From Eledone cirrhosa (lineage: Eukaryota): a stretch of DNA of 64,000 nt. Below, piece by piece: positions 14,201-28,522 of the stretch. The position numbers were made by a program, and so were the translations under genes. Numbering within the stretch: the first letter of the stretch is position 1; each line of letters starts with the position of its first letter. The stretch covers positions 14,632,001-14,696,000 of the forward strand of contig OZ024753.1 of the NCBI GenBank assembly GCA_964016885.1, written 5' to 3'. Under the pieces are notes generated by a model. The model saw only the letters and a list, made by a program, of their open reading frames with translations. It searched no databases and was not told the origin of the DNA.

Positions 14201-16200
14201 ACAGGTGTTACTGTACAGGTGTCACTGTACAGGTGTTACTGTACAGGTGTTACTGTACAGGTGTTACTGTACAGGTGTCACTGTACAGGTGTTACTGTAC
14301 AGGTGTTACTGTACAGGTGTCACTGTACAGGTGTCACTGTACAGGTGTTACTGTACAGGTGTTACTGTACAGGTGTCACTGTACAGGTGTCACTGTACAG
14401 GTGTTACTGTACAGGTGTCACTGTACAGGTGTTACTGTACAGGTGTCACTGTACAGGTGTTACTGTACAGGTGTTACTATACAGGTTTAACTGTACTGCT
14501 GTTACTGTACAGGTGTCACTGTACAGGTGTCACTGTACAGGTGTCACTGTACAGGTGTTACTGTACAGGTGTCACTGTACAGGTGTCACTGTACAGGTGT
14601 TACTGTACAGGTGTTACTGTACAGGTGTTACTGTACAGGTGTTACTGTACAGGTGTTGCTGTACAGGTATTACTGTACAGGTGTTACTGTACAGGTGTTA
14701 CTGTACAGGTGTCACTGTACAGGTGTTACTCTACAGGTGTTACTGTACAGGTGTTACTATACAGGTGTTACTGTACAGGTGTTACTGTACAGGTGTTACT
14801 GTACAGGTGTTACTGTACAGGTGTTACTCTACAGGTGTTACTGTAGAGGTGTCACTGTACAGGTGTTACTGTACAGGTGTTACTGTACAGGTTTTACTGT
14901 ACAGGTGTTACTGTACAGGTGTCACTGTACAGGTGTCACTGTACAGGTGTTACTCTACAGGTGTTACTGTACAGGTGTTACTGTACAGGTGTTACTGTAC
15001 AGGTGTTACTGTACAGGTGTTACTGTACAGGTGTTACTGTACAGGTGTTACTGTACAGGTGTCACTGTACAGGTGTTACTGTACAGGTGTCACTGTACAG
15101 GTGTCACTGTACAGGTGTTACTGTACAGGTGTTACTGTACAGGTGTTACTCTACAGGTGTTACTGTACAGGTGTTACTGTATAGGTTTTACTGTACAGGT
15201 TTTACTGTACAGGTGTTACTGTACAGGTATTACTGTACAGGTGTTACTCTACAGGTGTTACTGTACAGGTGTCACTGTACAGGTGTTACTGTACAGGTGT
15301 CACTGTACAGGTGTTACTCTACAGGTGTTACTCTACAGGTGTTACTGTACAGGTGTTACTGTACAGGTTTTACTGTACAGGTGTTACTGTACAGGTGTTA
15401 CTGTACAGGTATTACTGTACAGGTGTCACTGTACAGGTGTCACTGTACAGGTGTTACTCTACAGGTGTTACTGTACAGGTGTTACTGTACAGGTGTTACT
15501 GTACAGGTGTCACTGTACAGGTGTTACTGTACAGGTGTTACTGTACAGGTGTCACTGTACAGGTTTTACTGTACAGGTGTTACTGTACAGGTGTCACTGT
15601 ACAGGTGTTACTGTACAGGTGTTACTGTACAGGTGTTACGGTACAGGTGTTACTGTACAGGTGTCACTGTACAGGTGTTACTGTACAGGTGTTACTGTAC
15701 AGGTGTTACTGTACAGGTGTCACTGTACAGGTGTTACTGTACAGGTGTTACTGTACAGGTGTTACTCTACAGGTGTTACTCTACAGGTGTTACTGTACAG
15801 GTGTCACTGTATAGGTGTTACTGTACAGGTGTCACTGTACAGGTGTTGCTGCACAGGTGTTACTGTACAGGTGTCACTGTACAGGTGTTACTGTACAGGT
15901 GTCACTGTACAGGTGTTACTGTACAGGTGTTACTGTACAGGTGTCACTGTACAGGTGTCACTGTACAGGTGTCACTGTACAGGTGTTGCTGTACAGGTGT
16001 TGCTCTACAGGTGTTACTATATAGGTACAGGTGTTGCTGTATAGATACAGGTGTTGCTGTATAGGTACATGTGTTACTGTATAGGTACAGGTGTTGTTGT
16101 ATAGGGAGAGGTGGTGTTGTATAGGTACAGGTGTTGCTGTATAGGTGCATGTATTGCTGTGTAGGTGCAGATATTGCTGTTTAGGTACAGGTGTTGCTGT
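11290..16200. repeat. 14-bp satellite (CTGTACAGGTGTTA/TCA), about 335 copies, ending in degenerate 20-bp units
   Basis: Uninterrupted 14-nt period from about 11290 to 16020. Variants are TTA/TCA/TTG and TAC/TAG. Confidence 0.97.
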
Positions 16201-16405
16201 ATATCAGAGGTCCCTAGCTACTGGGATGTGCATCATTAAAACTTCATAGGCTGACTATGAAGGAGTGATGCTGTAGCTGTGAAATCTTGCATGCAGAAAG
16301 TGGACAGTATTTTATGATTCAAATGGTCAGTCTTATCAAATATTGTCATGTTAAAGAGTACATGTGTCAATGTGGACTCTTCTGCCTAAGACTGCCTTTG
16401 GTTAA

Positions 16406-16769
16406 CCCTTTAGCATTTACATTACTCTATATATACTATCGTATTTTCATGGTAAAGGCTTTACCTCATAATTATCTCACATAACATTCACATTACTCTA
16501 TATATACTATCATATTTTCATGGTAAAGGCTTTATCTCGCATAATTATCTCACATAACATTCACATTACTCTATATATACTATTATATTTTCATGGTAAA
16601 GGCTTTACCTCACATAATTATCTCACATCATATCAAATCTATGAGATTTTGAAAGTATTTATTTTGAGAACAATACCTTAACATCAGTTCAAGTGACCAG
16701 TTACAGCTGGTTTCAACAGAAAGATGTAGAGAATTCTGGCCGGTTTTGGCCGGTTTGAACATTAAAGGG
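16406..16769 (+). mobile_element. piggyBac-like MITE with an internal triplicated ~70-bp unit
   Basis: TTAA|CCCTTTAGC...TAAAGGG|TTAA: TTAA target duplication and CCC/GGG TIR ends. Confidence 0.85.
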
Positions 16770-17043
16770 TTAAACTTTAAAGTGTTTCTCTTTAAATTAA
16801 ATCATTCCACTGTAATCTTTTTTCGTTATAATGTTTTTTTAGAATCCGCCTCTAAATTAGTCACTTCGGCCACCAACCCTGCTATGGTGACCCACAGGAA
16901 GACAAACAAATACCGGGGATTGTCTGGCCACTTCCTCACCAGTCACCGTCGACACCTCAAGCATTCTCGAAAACCCCATACTGTTAATGTTATTTACTAT
17001 GAACTTGATATCTCAGCCAGTGATGTTACTATTATTATTATCT

Positions 17044-17411
17044 GTGGATTGGCAGTATCAGTAGAGGGTCAGACGCCATGCTTTGACGCATGGAGTTACG
17101 CCCCTTTCCATTCTGAGTTCAAATCCCGCCAAGGTTAACTTTGCCTTTCATCCTTACGGGGTCGATAAAATAAAGTACCAGTAATGCACTGGGATAATTG
17201 CTGGCCTTGTGCCAAAAGTAGAAACAATTATCTGTTTCTACTTTTGGCACAAGGCCAGCAATTATCCCAGTACATTACTGGTACTTTATTTTATCGGCCC
17301 CGTAAGGATGAAAGGCAAAGTGAACTTCAGCGGGATTTGAACTCAGACCATAAAGGGCCGTAACTCTATGCTGCAAAGCATGGCATCTGACCTTCTACTG
17401 ATACTGCCAAT
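17044..17411. mobile_element. Tail-to-tail inverted pair of SINE family 2 copies
   Basis: A + copy at 17044-17230 is immediately followed by a - copy at 17232-17411. Confidence 0.85.
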
Positions 17412-17647
17412 TATTATTGTAGTAGTTGTACTACTAGTAGTAGTAGTTGTAGTAGTAGTGGTGGTGGTGATAGTAGTAGTATAAGTAGTTGTGGTAGTTG
17501 TATTAGTAGTAGTAAAAAAAGTTGTAGTAGTAGTAGTGGTGGTGGTGGTGTTAGTAGTAGTATAAGTAGTTGTGGTAGTTGTATTAGTAGTGGTGATGAT
17601 AGTAGCAGTATAAGTATTTGTGGTAGTCGTATTAGTAGCAGTAGTAG

Positions 17648-17800
17648 CGCCCTTGGACCCCGTACTGCTGAGTTTCTTTGCAAAATCGGAACATCAGCAG
17701 CCCATCTGTGGAAGGGGCCCCATAAGGTGGTGTGGCTGAAGCAGAATCACTGGCCATTGTCTGCAGAAAAGATTTTGCACGTTTGTTGTGGCATGCAGCC
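17648..17800 (+). mobile_element. Possible CRE/R2-group non-LTR retrotransposon C-terminal (REL endonuclease) remnant
   Basis: ALGPRTAEFLCKIG..WLKQ / SLAIVCRK (frameshifted) resembles the GAxGPxAxxFL..WLxQRLSxAxxRGN motif. Confidence 0.4.
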
Positions 17801-18224
17801 CCCAACACCGCTGAGCTCTTGGCTCAGAGTCCATCATTATCTCTCCTTCCCCTCTTTTTCTTCTGTGGCCCAAGAGTCCTTACTTTATCCCTCCTTTTCT
17901 TCTCATTTATGGCATTTATAGTCCTTTCTTCTACTTTCCCTTACAGCTAGATCGCAACATCATCACCATTTTATGTCCATTCTTCCACACTAGCTTTGGT
18001 TAGATGGGTTGTTTTTTATTTATTTTTTTTTTATTTTTGTTTGTGAAAATTACGATGCGTCCTTGAGGATAAAGAGTCTTTGGCACCGGGAAATACGGTA
18101 AATTTCCTTTTTTAAAATGATTACATGATTTGAAATTTCTAGACAGTGTCTTTCAGTGGAAATATGGTAACAAACGAGGTGAAGTAAACAGAACCAAAAC
18201 AGAAAAAACAACTCAAATATTTAC

Positions 18225-18352
18225 CTGTGAATGGCTTGAAGAAATTTTCTTTGGTGACTCCGAACTCTGCTAGCGTTTACCTTTTTCACAAGTTTAGTAT
18301 ATTTATATATAAGCCAGGTTTCTCGTAATACATTTGCAGCAGCATTTTTTAG
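18225..18352 (-). CDS. KCNN: SK channel coding exon: calmodulin-binding domain part 1
   Basis: Minus strand reads gaaag|CTAAAAAATGCTGCT...ATTCACAG|gtaaat, 128 nt, phase 0/2. It translates to [42 protein letters not shown](S), the SK CaMBD. Confidence 0.97.
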
Positions 18353-18611
18353 CTTTCATCAGTCAAGAAGAAGATATGAATGGAGGGGACAAAAAAGAAA
18401 GAAGTAACAAGATATATTATATAAATATATATAGAAATAAGTATTAATAATAGTAATATTTATGAGAGGAAAGGAAATTTTATTCATTTACTAGGTGTCT
18501 TTTAGCTCCAATGCTATGATAAGATCAAGCAGAGGCAATATATTATTATAATGTGCTTATAAATTAAAATGAACTTTTAATTTTGGTTTATAAGCACATT
18601 GTTATTACATA

Positions 18612-19372
18612 CTAGACTAACCGTGACCCGTTGGGTCATGTTCACTTCAAAATATAAAAAAAAAATCATGTTCACTTAAAAATAATTTTTAAATAATTAA
18701 AATATACACAGACATGTATATAATGTGAAATGAAACTGGAAGGCCCATATATATGTGTGTTTGTATATATATATATATATATATATATATGCGTGTGTAT
18801 ATATATATATATATATGTGGGTGTCTGTGATCTATATACACTGGTCATAGACACACACACACACGCACACTCATGTGGTTGATGTTAGGAAGGGCATCCA
18901 GCCGTAGAAAACCTGCCAGACAGTCCTACATGAGCGAGACATGGTCACCCGACCAATCTTGACTCAAATGGGACAATTCCCGTCTAACCCATGCTAGCGT
19001 GGAAGATAGACGTTAAACGATGATGATGATGATGATGATGATACACAACACCACCACCAGCTCCCTTCTATTCTCCTTCTGTCTCTCCTCTCCCTCTCTC
19101 TATGTCTCTCTTTCAATCTAGTCTCTCACAGCCCTTATCTCTTCCTCTCTATCTTTCACTCTCTCTGTGTTTATGAAGGTATCCTGAAAAACCCCTTATC
19201 TCGGGAACCCATGATCCGATTTACATGAAACTCATTTTATTTCATTTTTATCCCCATTTCAGGGTCAACTTCCTTTCAAAGTATTTTCCCATTATGCACC
19301 CTTTTGGCTGTATTACATTACAGACAAGCAAACAAGCAAGCAAGCAATCACAGAGTTTTAGTAGTATATAGA
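18612..19372 (-). mobile_element. Non-autonomous Helitron-like element with an inserted SINE tail
   Basis: Minus strand A|TCTATATACTACTAAAA...hairpin (catgaccc aac gggtcacg)...CTAG|T, no TSD. Confidence 0.7.
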
Positions 19373-19729
19373 TAAACTAGTATTTTCTAGTATTTTCTTC
19401 CATATGCTGATGCGTATGTGTATATATGTGTGTGTGTGAGTATGTGCATATGCTTACATTTATATGAGTATCCTCATCATCATCATTTACGTTTAGCGTC
19501 AATTCTTCCACGCTAGCATGGGTTAGACAGGTCGTTCATGCCACGAGGCAAGTCTGGCCATAGTTGGCCATGTCACACATTGCTCCGTCAAGGACTGTAA
19601 ATTTGGCCGGGTATTTTACAGCTGGATGCCCTTCCTAACACCAACCCCATTTACAGTGTGGGACTGAATGCCTCTGTCAAACACGCAAACACAGACACAC
19701 TTACAAAAATACACACTCACAGACATGCA

Positions 19730-20283
19730 TCCACACAAACACACACATACATTCACACAAACACACACATACATTCACACAAATACACACACACATTCAC
19801 ACAAACACACACATACATTCACACAAACACCTACATATATTCACAGAAACACACACGCACATTCACACAAATACACACATACATTCACACAAACACACAC
19901 ATACATTCACACAAATACCCACATATATTCACACAAATACACATTCACACAAACACACACCTACATTCACACAAACACACACATACATTCACACAAACAC
20001 ACACATACATTCACACAAATACCCACATATATTCACACAAATACACACGCACATTCACACAAACACACACATACATTCACACAAACACACACATACATTC
20101 ACACAAACACCCACATATATTCACACAAACACACATTCACACAAACACACACCTACATTCACACAAACACACACATACATTCACACAAACACACACATAC
20201 ATTCACAGAAACACACACATACATTTACAGAAACACACACATACATTTACAGAAACACACACCTACACATACACTCACACACA
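19730..20283. repeat. ~22-bp CA-rich minisatellite
   Basis: Units of acattcacacaaacacacacat. Confidence 0.9.
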
Positions 20284-20847
20284 GTGAAGATTTTTCACCA
20301 CCCCCTTCTTTCCTTTTACACACACATACATTCACACAGGCAGCAGATGTAAAGAGAGAGGAGTAGTATGAGATAGTCAAACTACTCCTTTCTCTTTACG
20401 TGTTGTGACAGAATTGCAGAAATTTATATATAGATAAATAGCATTAAATTAAAAATCGATTGACATATATATAAAATAAACATATCAAACAATCACAGGG
20501 GATAATTTGTAAAGCGTGTAAACACACATAGTTACGTAGGTAACAGATCAAAAACTAACGAGAAACTCGAATATATGATTGCAATAATGATTAATCTCGT
20601 TTGTATATATTTTATTTAAGAAATATATTTCACCATTAATTGGCAAATATCATGTCTGATACTCTCAGACATGACATCCTTAACTTAATTTTCGTTATAT
20701 ATAGATAAATAGCAATTTTTTAATGAAGATTATCATCATCCTCATCATCGATTAACGCCCATCTTCCACACTAGCATGGGTTAGACGAGTCCTATTTTAA
20801 GGCAAGTTGTGTCGGGTGACCATGTCTCACTCATTATTATTATTATT

Positions 20848-21500
20848 AACTTTGCCTTTCATCCTTACGGGGTCGATAAAATAAAGTACCAGTAATACAC
20901 TGGGATAATTGCTGGCCTTGTGCCAAAAGTAGAAACATTTATTATTATTATTATTATGGTTAAGGGCGGTGAATTGGCAGTATCGGTGGAGGGCTGGACG
21001 CCATGCTTTCCAGCATAGAGTTACGTCCCTTTACGGTCCGATTTCAAATCCTGTCGAGGTTAACTTTGCCTTTCATCCTTATGGGGTTGATAAAATGAAG
21101 TACCAGTAATGCACTGGGGTGATTGCTGGCCTTGTGCCAAAAGTAGAAACAATTATTATTATTGTTAGGTTGGTGGATTGGCAGTATCTGTAGAGAGTCG
21201 AACTCCATGCTTTGCAGCATAGAGTTAAGGCCATTTACGGCCTGAGTTCAAATCCCACTTGCCTTAAATAGCTTTGCCTTTCATCCTTACAGGGTTGATA
21301 AAATAAAGCCCCAGTAATGCACTGGGGTCGATTTAATTGACTTTCCCCTCCCCCCAAATTGTGCCTATAGTAGAAATCACTATTATTATTATGGTTGTTT
21401 TATTACTATTATATCGAGGATGGTGGATTGGCAGCGTCAGTAGAACATTGGGAAATATGCTTTCTAGCATAGAGTTACGGCCCTTTACAATCTGAGTTCA
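20848..21500 (+). mobile_element. Tandem cluster of 3-4 SINE family 2 copies
   Basis: Repeated head/body/(ATT)n tail. The last copy is interrupted after its B box by the 21-bp minisatellite. Confidence 0.8.
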
Positions 21501-21502
21501 AA

Positions 21503-21831
21503 TCAATGGAACAATCTGGACAATGAATGGAAGAGTCTGGACAATCAATGGAACAGTCTGAACAATCAATGGAACGGACTGGACAATCAATGGAATGGAC
21601 TGGACAACAATGGAACAGTCTGGACAATGAATGGAACAGTCTGGACAATCCATGGAACGGACTGGAAATCAATGGAACAGTCTGGACAATGAATGGAACA
21701 GTCTGGACAATGAATGGAACAGTCTGGACAATGAATGGAACAGTCTGGACAATGAATGGAACAGTCTGGACAATGAATGGAACAGTCTGGACAATCCATG
21801 GAACAGTCTGGACAATCAATGGAACGGTCTG
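21503..21831. repeat. ~21-bp minisatellite (aatggaacagtctggacaatg)
   Basis: About 16 copies. Confidence 0.92.
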
Positions 21832-22489
21832 CCCATGAGATTAATGTGCAACGGGCTCAGATACGTACCCACATTATACACTTCTTCTAGTCGTTATGAC
21901 ATATGCACAATGGTTAGAGAGACAGACATTGGTGAGCCAGGCTAAAGCATCATTTGTAGTGCACCACTATGGCTTTCCTGTACTAATATGACACCAATGT
22001 TAAGATCTTTCGTTTGTTATTTTAGCCAGGTAGTCACATTTTAGTCTCAACATAATTTCTGCATTGATCTGTAGAATATGTAGTGTTTTCCCAATATGGC
22101 GGGAAGTTTGGCCCTTAGAAGGACTGTTGGCTTGATAACTCATAAGAGTCATGATGAAAAGGATTTTGACAACAACGCAAGTTGATAGTACAAGGTGGGC
22201 ATATATTGAGCAAGGCCATTAATTGGAATAGATTCCGTACAAGGTGAACCACCTGACATACTTCTCGGGATCATTAAGCATGACACACTGTGTGACAATG
22301 CTGGCCCATTGAATTACTGGTATAACTTATTGTTTTGTTTGCAGCTGACTTGACTGGACCAATGTGTAGTAAAGTGTCTTGTTCAAGGACACAACATGAT
22401 GCCTCATGGAATTAAACCCAATCATGAAATGAACACACTAACCATTTAGCCTTCACTATTCTACTGAATAATATATAATTTGTTGTCTG

Positions 22490-22890
22490 TCATCATCATT
22501 ATGTCATTGTCATCATCATCACAATCAGCTACCTCACCATTATTGTCATTGTCATCATCATCATATCACCATAGTCATCATCACCATCGCTATCATCATC
22601 ATCATCACCATCATCACAGTCATCACCATCATCACCATCATCACCATCACCACCATCACCACCATCATCACCATCATCACCATCATCATCATCATCATCA
22701 CAATCATCACCACCATCATCACCATCACCATCGTCATCACCACCATTATCATCATCACAGTCATCATCACCCTCACCATCACCACCATCATCATCATCAT
22801 CACCCTCACCATCATCATCACAGTCATCACCACCATCATCATCATCATCACAGTCATCATCATCACCATCACCACAGTCATCGCAGTCAT
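22490..22890. repeat. (CAT/CAC)n microsatellite
   Basis: Direct inspection. Confidence 0.95.
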
Positions 22891-23044
22891 GTGTGTTTAA
22901 ACTCGGCCCGATTAGATATACAAGCACCTTTGATGAGTTGTAGTGCACCTGAGCACTGTACACAATAATTTTCATTATTATTTTTATGAATATAAAGCTT
23001 GTTGTTGGGCCTATCTATTAAATTTCATTCACAAGACATTAGTA

Positions 23045-25715
23045 AAGTCACTTGCCCAAGGTGCCACATAGTAAGCGTGAACTCCAAACCAGATGGTTGC
23101 TCTATCAACTCCTTGACCACACTAAGACTGACCTCCTTGACCACAGAGTTACCTCTAAACCAGATGGTTGCTATATCAACTCCTTGACCACAGTAAGACT
23201 GACCTCCAAACCAAATGGTTGCTATATCAACTACTTGACTACAGTAAGAGTAAGACTGACCTCTAAACCAGATGGTTGCTATATCAACTCCTTGACCACA
23301 GTAAGACTGACCTCCAAACCAAATGGTTGCTATATCAACTACTTGACTACAGTAAGAGTAAGACTGACCTCTAAACCAGATGGTTGCTATATCAACTCCT
23401 TGACCACAGTAAGACTGACCTCCAAACCAAATGGTTGCTATATCAACTACTTGACTACAGTAAGAGTAAGACTGACCTCTAAACCAGATGGTTGCTATAT
23501 CAACACCTTGACCACAGTAAAACTGACCTCCAAACCAGATGGTTGCTATATCAACTCAGTGACCACAGAGTGACCTCCAAACCAGGTGGTTGCTATGTCA
23601 ACTCCTTGATCACTAAGACTGACCTTGCCCACAGTAAGACTGACCTCCAAACCAAGTGGTTGCTATATCAACTTCTTGACCACAGACTGACCTCCAAACC
23701 AAATGGTTTCTATATCAATTCCTTGACCACAGTAAGACTGACCTCCAAACCAGATGGTTTCTATATCAATTCCTTGACCACAGTAAGACTGACCTCCAAA
23801 CCAGATGGTTTCTATATCAATTCCTTGACCAGGGTAAGACTGACCTCCAAACCAAATGGTTACTATACCAACTCCTTGACCAGAGTAAGACTGACCTCCA
23901 AACCAAATGGTTACTATACCAACTCCTTGACCAGAGTAAGACTGACCTCCAAACCAAATGGTTTCTATATCAATTCCTTGACCAGAGTAAGACTGACCTC
24001 CAAACCAAATGGTTACTATACCAACTCCTTGACCAGAGTAAGACTGACCTCCAAACCAAATGGTTTCTATACCAACTCCTTGACCAGAGTAAGACTGACC
24101 TCCAAACCAAATGGTTTCTATATCAATTCCTTGACCAGAGTAAGACTGACCTCCAAACCAAATGGTTTCTATATCAACTCCTTGACCAGAGTAAGACTGA
24201 CCTCCAAACCAAATGGTTACTATACCAACTCCTTGACCAGAGTAAGACTGACCTCCAAACCAAATGGTTTCTATATCAATTCCTTGACCAGAGTAAGACT
24301 GACCTCCAAACCAAATGGTTTCTATACCAACTCCTTGACCACAGTAAGACTGACCTCCAAACCAAATGGTTACTATACCAACTCCTTGACCACAGTAAGA
24401 CTGACCTCCAAACCAAATGGTTTCTATATCAATTCCTTGACCAGAGTAAGACTGACCTCCAAACCAAATGGTTTCTATACCAACTCCTTGACCAGAGTAA
24501 GACTGACCTCCAAACTAAATGGTTACTATATCAATTCCTTGACCAGAGTAAGACTGACCTCCAAACCAAATGGTTTCTATATCAATTCCTTGACCAGAGT
24601 AAGACTGACCTCCAAACCAAATGGTTACTATACCAACTCCTTGACCAGAGTAAGACTGACCTCCAAACCAAATGGTTACTATACCAACTCCTTGACCAGA
24701 GTAAGACTGACCTCCAAACCAAATGGTTACTATATCAATTCCTTGACCACAGTAAGACTGACCTCCAAACCAAATGGTTACTATACCAATTCCTTGACCA
24801 CAGTAAGACTGACCTCCAAACCAAATGGTTACTATACCAACTCCTTGACCAGAGTAAGACTGACCTCCAAACCAAATGGTTACTATATCAATTCCTTGAC
24901 CACAGTAAGACTGACCTCCAAACCAAATGGTTACTATATCAATTCCTTGACCACAGTAAGACTGACCTCCAAACCAAATGGTTTCTATATCAATTCCTTG
25001 ACCAGAGTAAGACTGACCTCCAAACCAAATGGTTACTATATCAATTCCTTGACCACAGTAAGACTGACCTCCAAACCAAATGGTTACTATATCAATTCCT
25101 TGACCACAGTAAGACTGACCTCCAAACCAAATGGTTACTATATCAACTCCTTGACCAAAGACTGACCTCCAAACCAAATGGTTTCTATATCAATTCCTTG
25201 ACCAGAGTAAGACTGACCTCCAAACCAAATGGTTACTATATCAATTCCTTGACCACAGTAAGACTGACCTCCAAACCAAATGGTTACTATATCAATTCCT
25301 TGACCACAGTAAGACTGACCTCCAAACCAAATGGTTACTATATCAATTCCTTGACCACAGTAAGACTGACCTCCAAACCAAATGGTTACTATACCAACTC
25401 TTTGACCAGAGTAAGACTGACCTCCAAACCAAATGGTTTCTATATCAATTCCTTGACCACAGTAAGACTGACCTCCAAACCAAATGGTTACTATATCAAT
25501 TCCTTGACCACAGTAAGACTGACCTCCAAACCAAATGGTTACTATACCAACTCTTTGACCAGAGTAAGACTGACCTCCAAACCAGATGGTTTCTATATCA
25601 ATTCCTTGACCAGAGTAAGACTGACCTCCAAACCAAATGGTTACTATACCAAGTCCTTGACCACAGACTGACCTCCACACCAAATGGTTGCTATATCAAC
25701 TCCTTCACCACACAG
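23045..25715 (-). repeat. 51-bp minisatellite (about 50 copies) derived from the tRNA head of a CORE-type SINE
   Basis: Unit agtaagactgacctccaaaccaaatggttactatatcaattccttgaccac. Its left end joins gtcacttgcccaaggtgccac (CORE-like, minus strand). Confidence 0.85.
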
Positions 25716-27734
25716 CTAGCGTGTTCCTATCTAATTATTGTTAGTTAATTCATCAGATTAAACAATTTCTTTTCAATTCCCCTGGAGACAGTTTAGTCGA
25801 TGTTTTAGAACTATTTATTAGATTAAAGACTACTTCGACTGATGAGTACCATTAAAACTTGTAATGTTCTCTTTAATTTCTGTCTTGTCTTGAAATCTTT
25901 CAATGTGTCTTTATGTCTGTTTTACATCTGAAATCGTTGTTTCCATGTTCACAGTTTTTTATGAGGCTGTTACATTTAAACAAGAAGAAAATGCATCAGA
26001 ACACACACTCATACACACACAATCACAAACATACACACTTACACACACGTACACACACACTCACAATCTCTCTCTCTCTCATATGCACACTCTCACTCAC
26101 ATACACACACACTCACAAACACACACGCTCTCTGTCACACACACACTCACATACACACACAATAGACATAAGCTGCCTATGGCATGTTCTGTTTAAGTAT
26201 GTGGTTTAGTGGGTAGAGTGTTGGGCTCATGATCACAAGGTAATGAGTTCTATGTCCAGACTATGTGGCATGCTGTGACCTTAAGCAAGACACTTCATTT
26301 CACATTGCTTCAGTTCAGTCAACTGGTAAAAATACATTGTGGTGACACTGATACCAATTTATATTGGTATATATCTTTCTCTTGGACAACATTATCACCA
26401 TTGTCTCCATTTAATGTCTATATTTTCATGCTTGCAGTTCTAACTTGGTCTAAGTAGACCCGTCCAACCCTTGCTAGCAGGGAAAGTAGATTTTAAATGA
26501 TGATGATGCTATACACACACACACACGCACACACGAGTATGCATACCACCATTATCATCACCATTTAATGCCTATTTTTCCATGTTTGCATGGGTTAAAT
26601 GGGTCGTTCAAATTATGAGACCAAGTCTGGCCAGTTGGCCAGGCCGTACCTTGCTCAAATGAAACTGCATTTTGACTGGGTTGTTTTACAGCTGGATACC
26701 CTTCACATGTTTTCTTCGTTCTATTTGATGAGTTGCACTCCACTTGGTAAGTAAATAGAGCCTGCGATCTTGTCCGATCGATTTTCTTCCCTCATCCATG
26801 TTTCTAACTGTGATATGATCACAGCTTAAAATATTCAGTGTGACTATATATATATGTTTATCATATATAAACATATTGTATATGGGTTCATACACACCTT
26901 TATTTGGAATCATGCTGTGCTAGTGTTATTACTATTTAAAACTAAGTAGTCAAGCTTACTCTAAATATAAAAAAATCTTCACCAAGAATAGTTTATTTAA
27001 GAATCTATAAGAAGATACTGGCTCCCTTCATTTTTATCTTGGTTGATGAGTAGCTGTGACATGTTTACAGCTAAAATATTCACAGCAAGACTAGATATAT
27101 GTATATTATATGTAACAATATTTTATATAGGACCGTACATGGCATTAAAAATACATTAGAAGAATTTAGTTTAATTTAAAAAAAAAATTAAAATGGTGAT
27201 AAGGGCATCTAGTGGTAGGAAAGGCACCCATAAAAATCTTATCAAACAAAGAGTTGTGTCAAAAACATGACAAAAAACCCTGTGCATTTGATAGAAGAGA
27301 AGACCCTAGGTAAGTGAGAGGCAGACCCACTGGCTTGTCTGCAAGGTCAGTAGCCCTACTTCAGTACTGACTTGGTCTATGTAGACCTGTCCAACCCCTG
27401 CTAGCAGAGAAAGCAGACGTTAACTAATGACAATGATGATGAGGGTCAGTTTCAAAAGTTATGAATCATCATTTTACATTCATATCATGATGAAGATGAT
27501 TCCATGCTGGTATGAATTGGAAGGACTCCTTACAGACCCAGTCAGTATCTAATCATAGGAACTTCCCAACAAGACAAGTTGGGGGAATCATGCCTCACAT
27601 ACATTCCAGTCTGGGCATGGCTTTTACACCTGGGTACCCCCCGTTATCAACAGACACTTTACACTGGGTATTGGTTGCATTTTATCATATGAGCAACACT
27701 ACAGCAGTTGTCCTGCCATTATATGTGACTATTG

Positions 27735-27918
27735 TGAGTATCAGTAGAGAGTTGGACGCCATGCTTTCCAGCATAGTTACGTCCCTTTATCCTTATGGTC
27801 TGAGTTCAAATCCCACCGAGGTTCACTTTGCCTTTCATCCTTACGGGGTCGATAAAATAAAGTACCAGTAATGTACTGGGATAATTGCTGGCCTTGTGCC
27901 AAAAGTAGAAACAATTAT
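27735..27918 (+). mobile_element. SINE family 2 copy about 90 bp from the S6 exon donor
   Basis: Family 2 head, body and tail. Confidence 0.8.
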
Positions 27919-27943
27919 ATGTGACTGAATCTAAGATCATTCA

Positions 27944-28156
<213 letters not shown>

Positions 28157-28482
28157 TTAATTTTGCTTTTTTTTTTTTTATAATGTCTTAATTTTAGTTA
28201 CAGCAGTAGGAGGATGTTCCATGGTGTGCCATGACCTTTGAAATAAATTGTATGGAACATTATGATATTATAAACATAAATATTCTATAGTTTATATGAA
28301 TGATTGTGAGATATGTGGTTAAGATTGTTTGGAAAAGCTGGAACAATGCAAATTAGAAATACAGGAGTGTAGCCAAGTAAAGTAAGAAAAACAAATCAAA
28401 ACAGCAATTTCCTTTTTATTTTATATACATACACACACATATATGTGTATGAAATATAATATAATATATATAAATAAGGTAA

Positions 28483-28514
<32 letters not shown>

Positions 28515-28522
28515 AATATCAT

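Noticed and set aside
11251-16064. Long Cys-rich ORFs (up to 713 aa)
   Set aside because: Translations of the 14-bp satellite, open in all three frames, with no unique sequence.
18310-18362. CTGATGA...GAAAC overlapping the CaMBD exon acceptor (minus strand)
   Set aside because: Stems do not pair. The sequence is explained by coding and splice constraints.
23492-25683. 557-aa repeat protein or CRISPR-like array
   Set aside because: A 51-bp head-to-tail minisatellite with no unique spacers and no cas genes, in a eukaryotic intron.
25849-25885. CTGATGAG hammerhead-like start
   Set aside because: No paired stem II and no GAAA.
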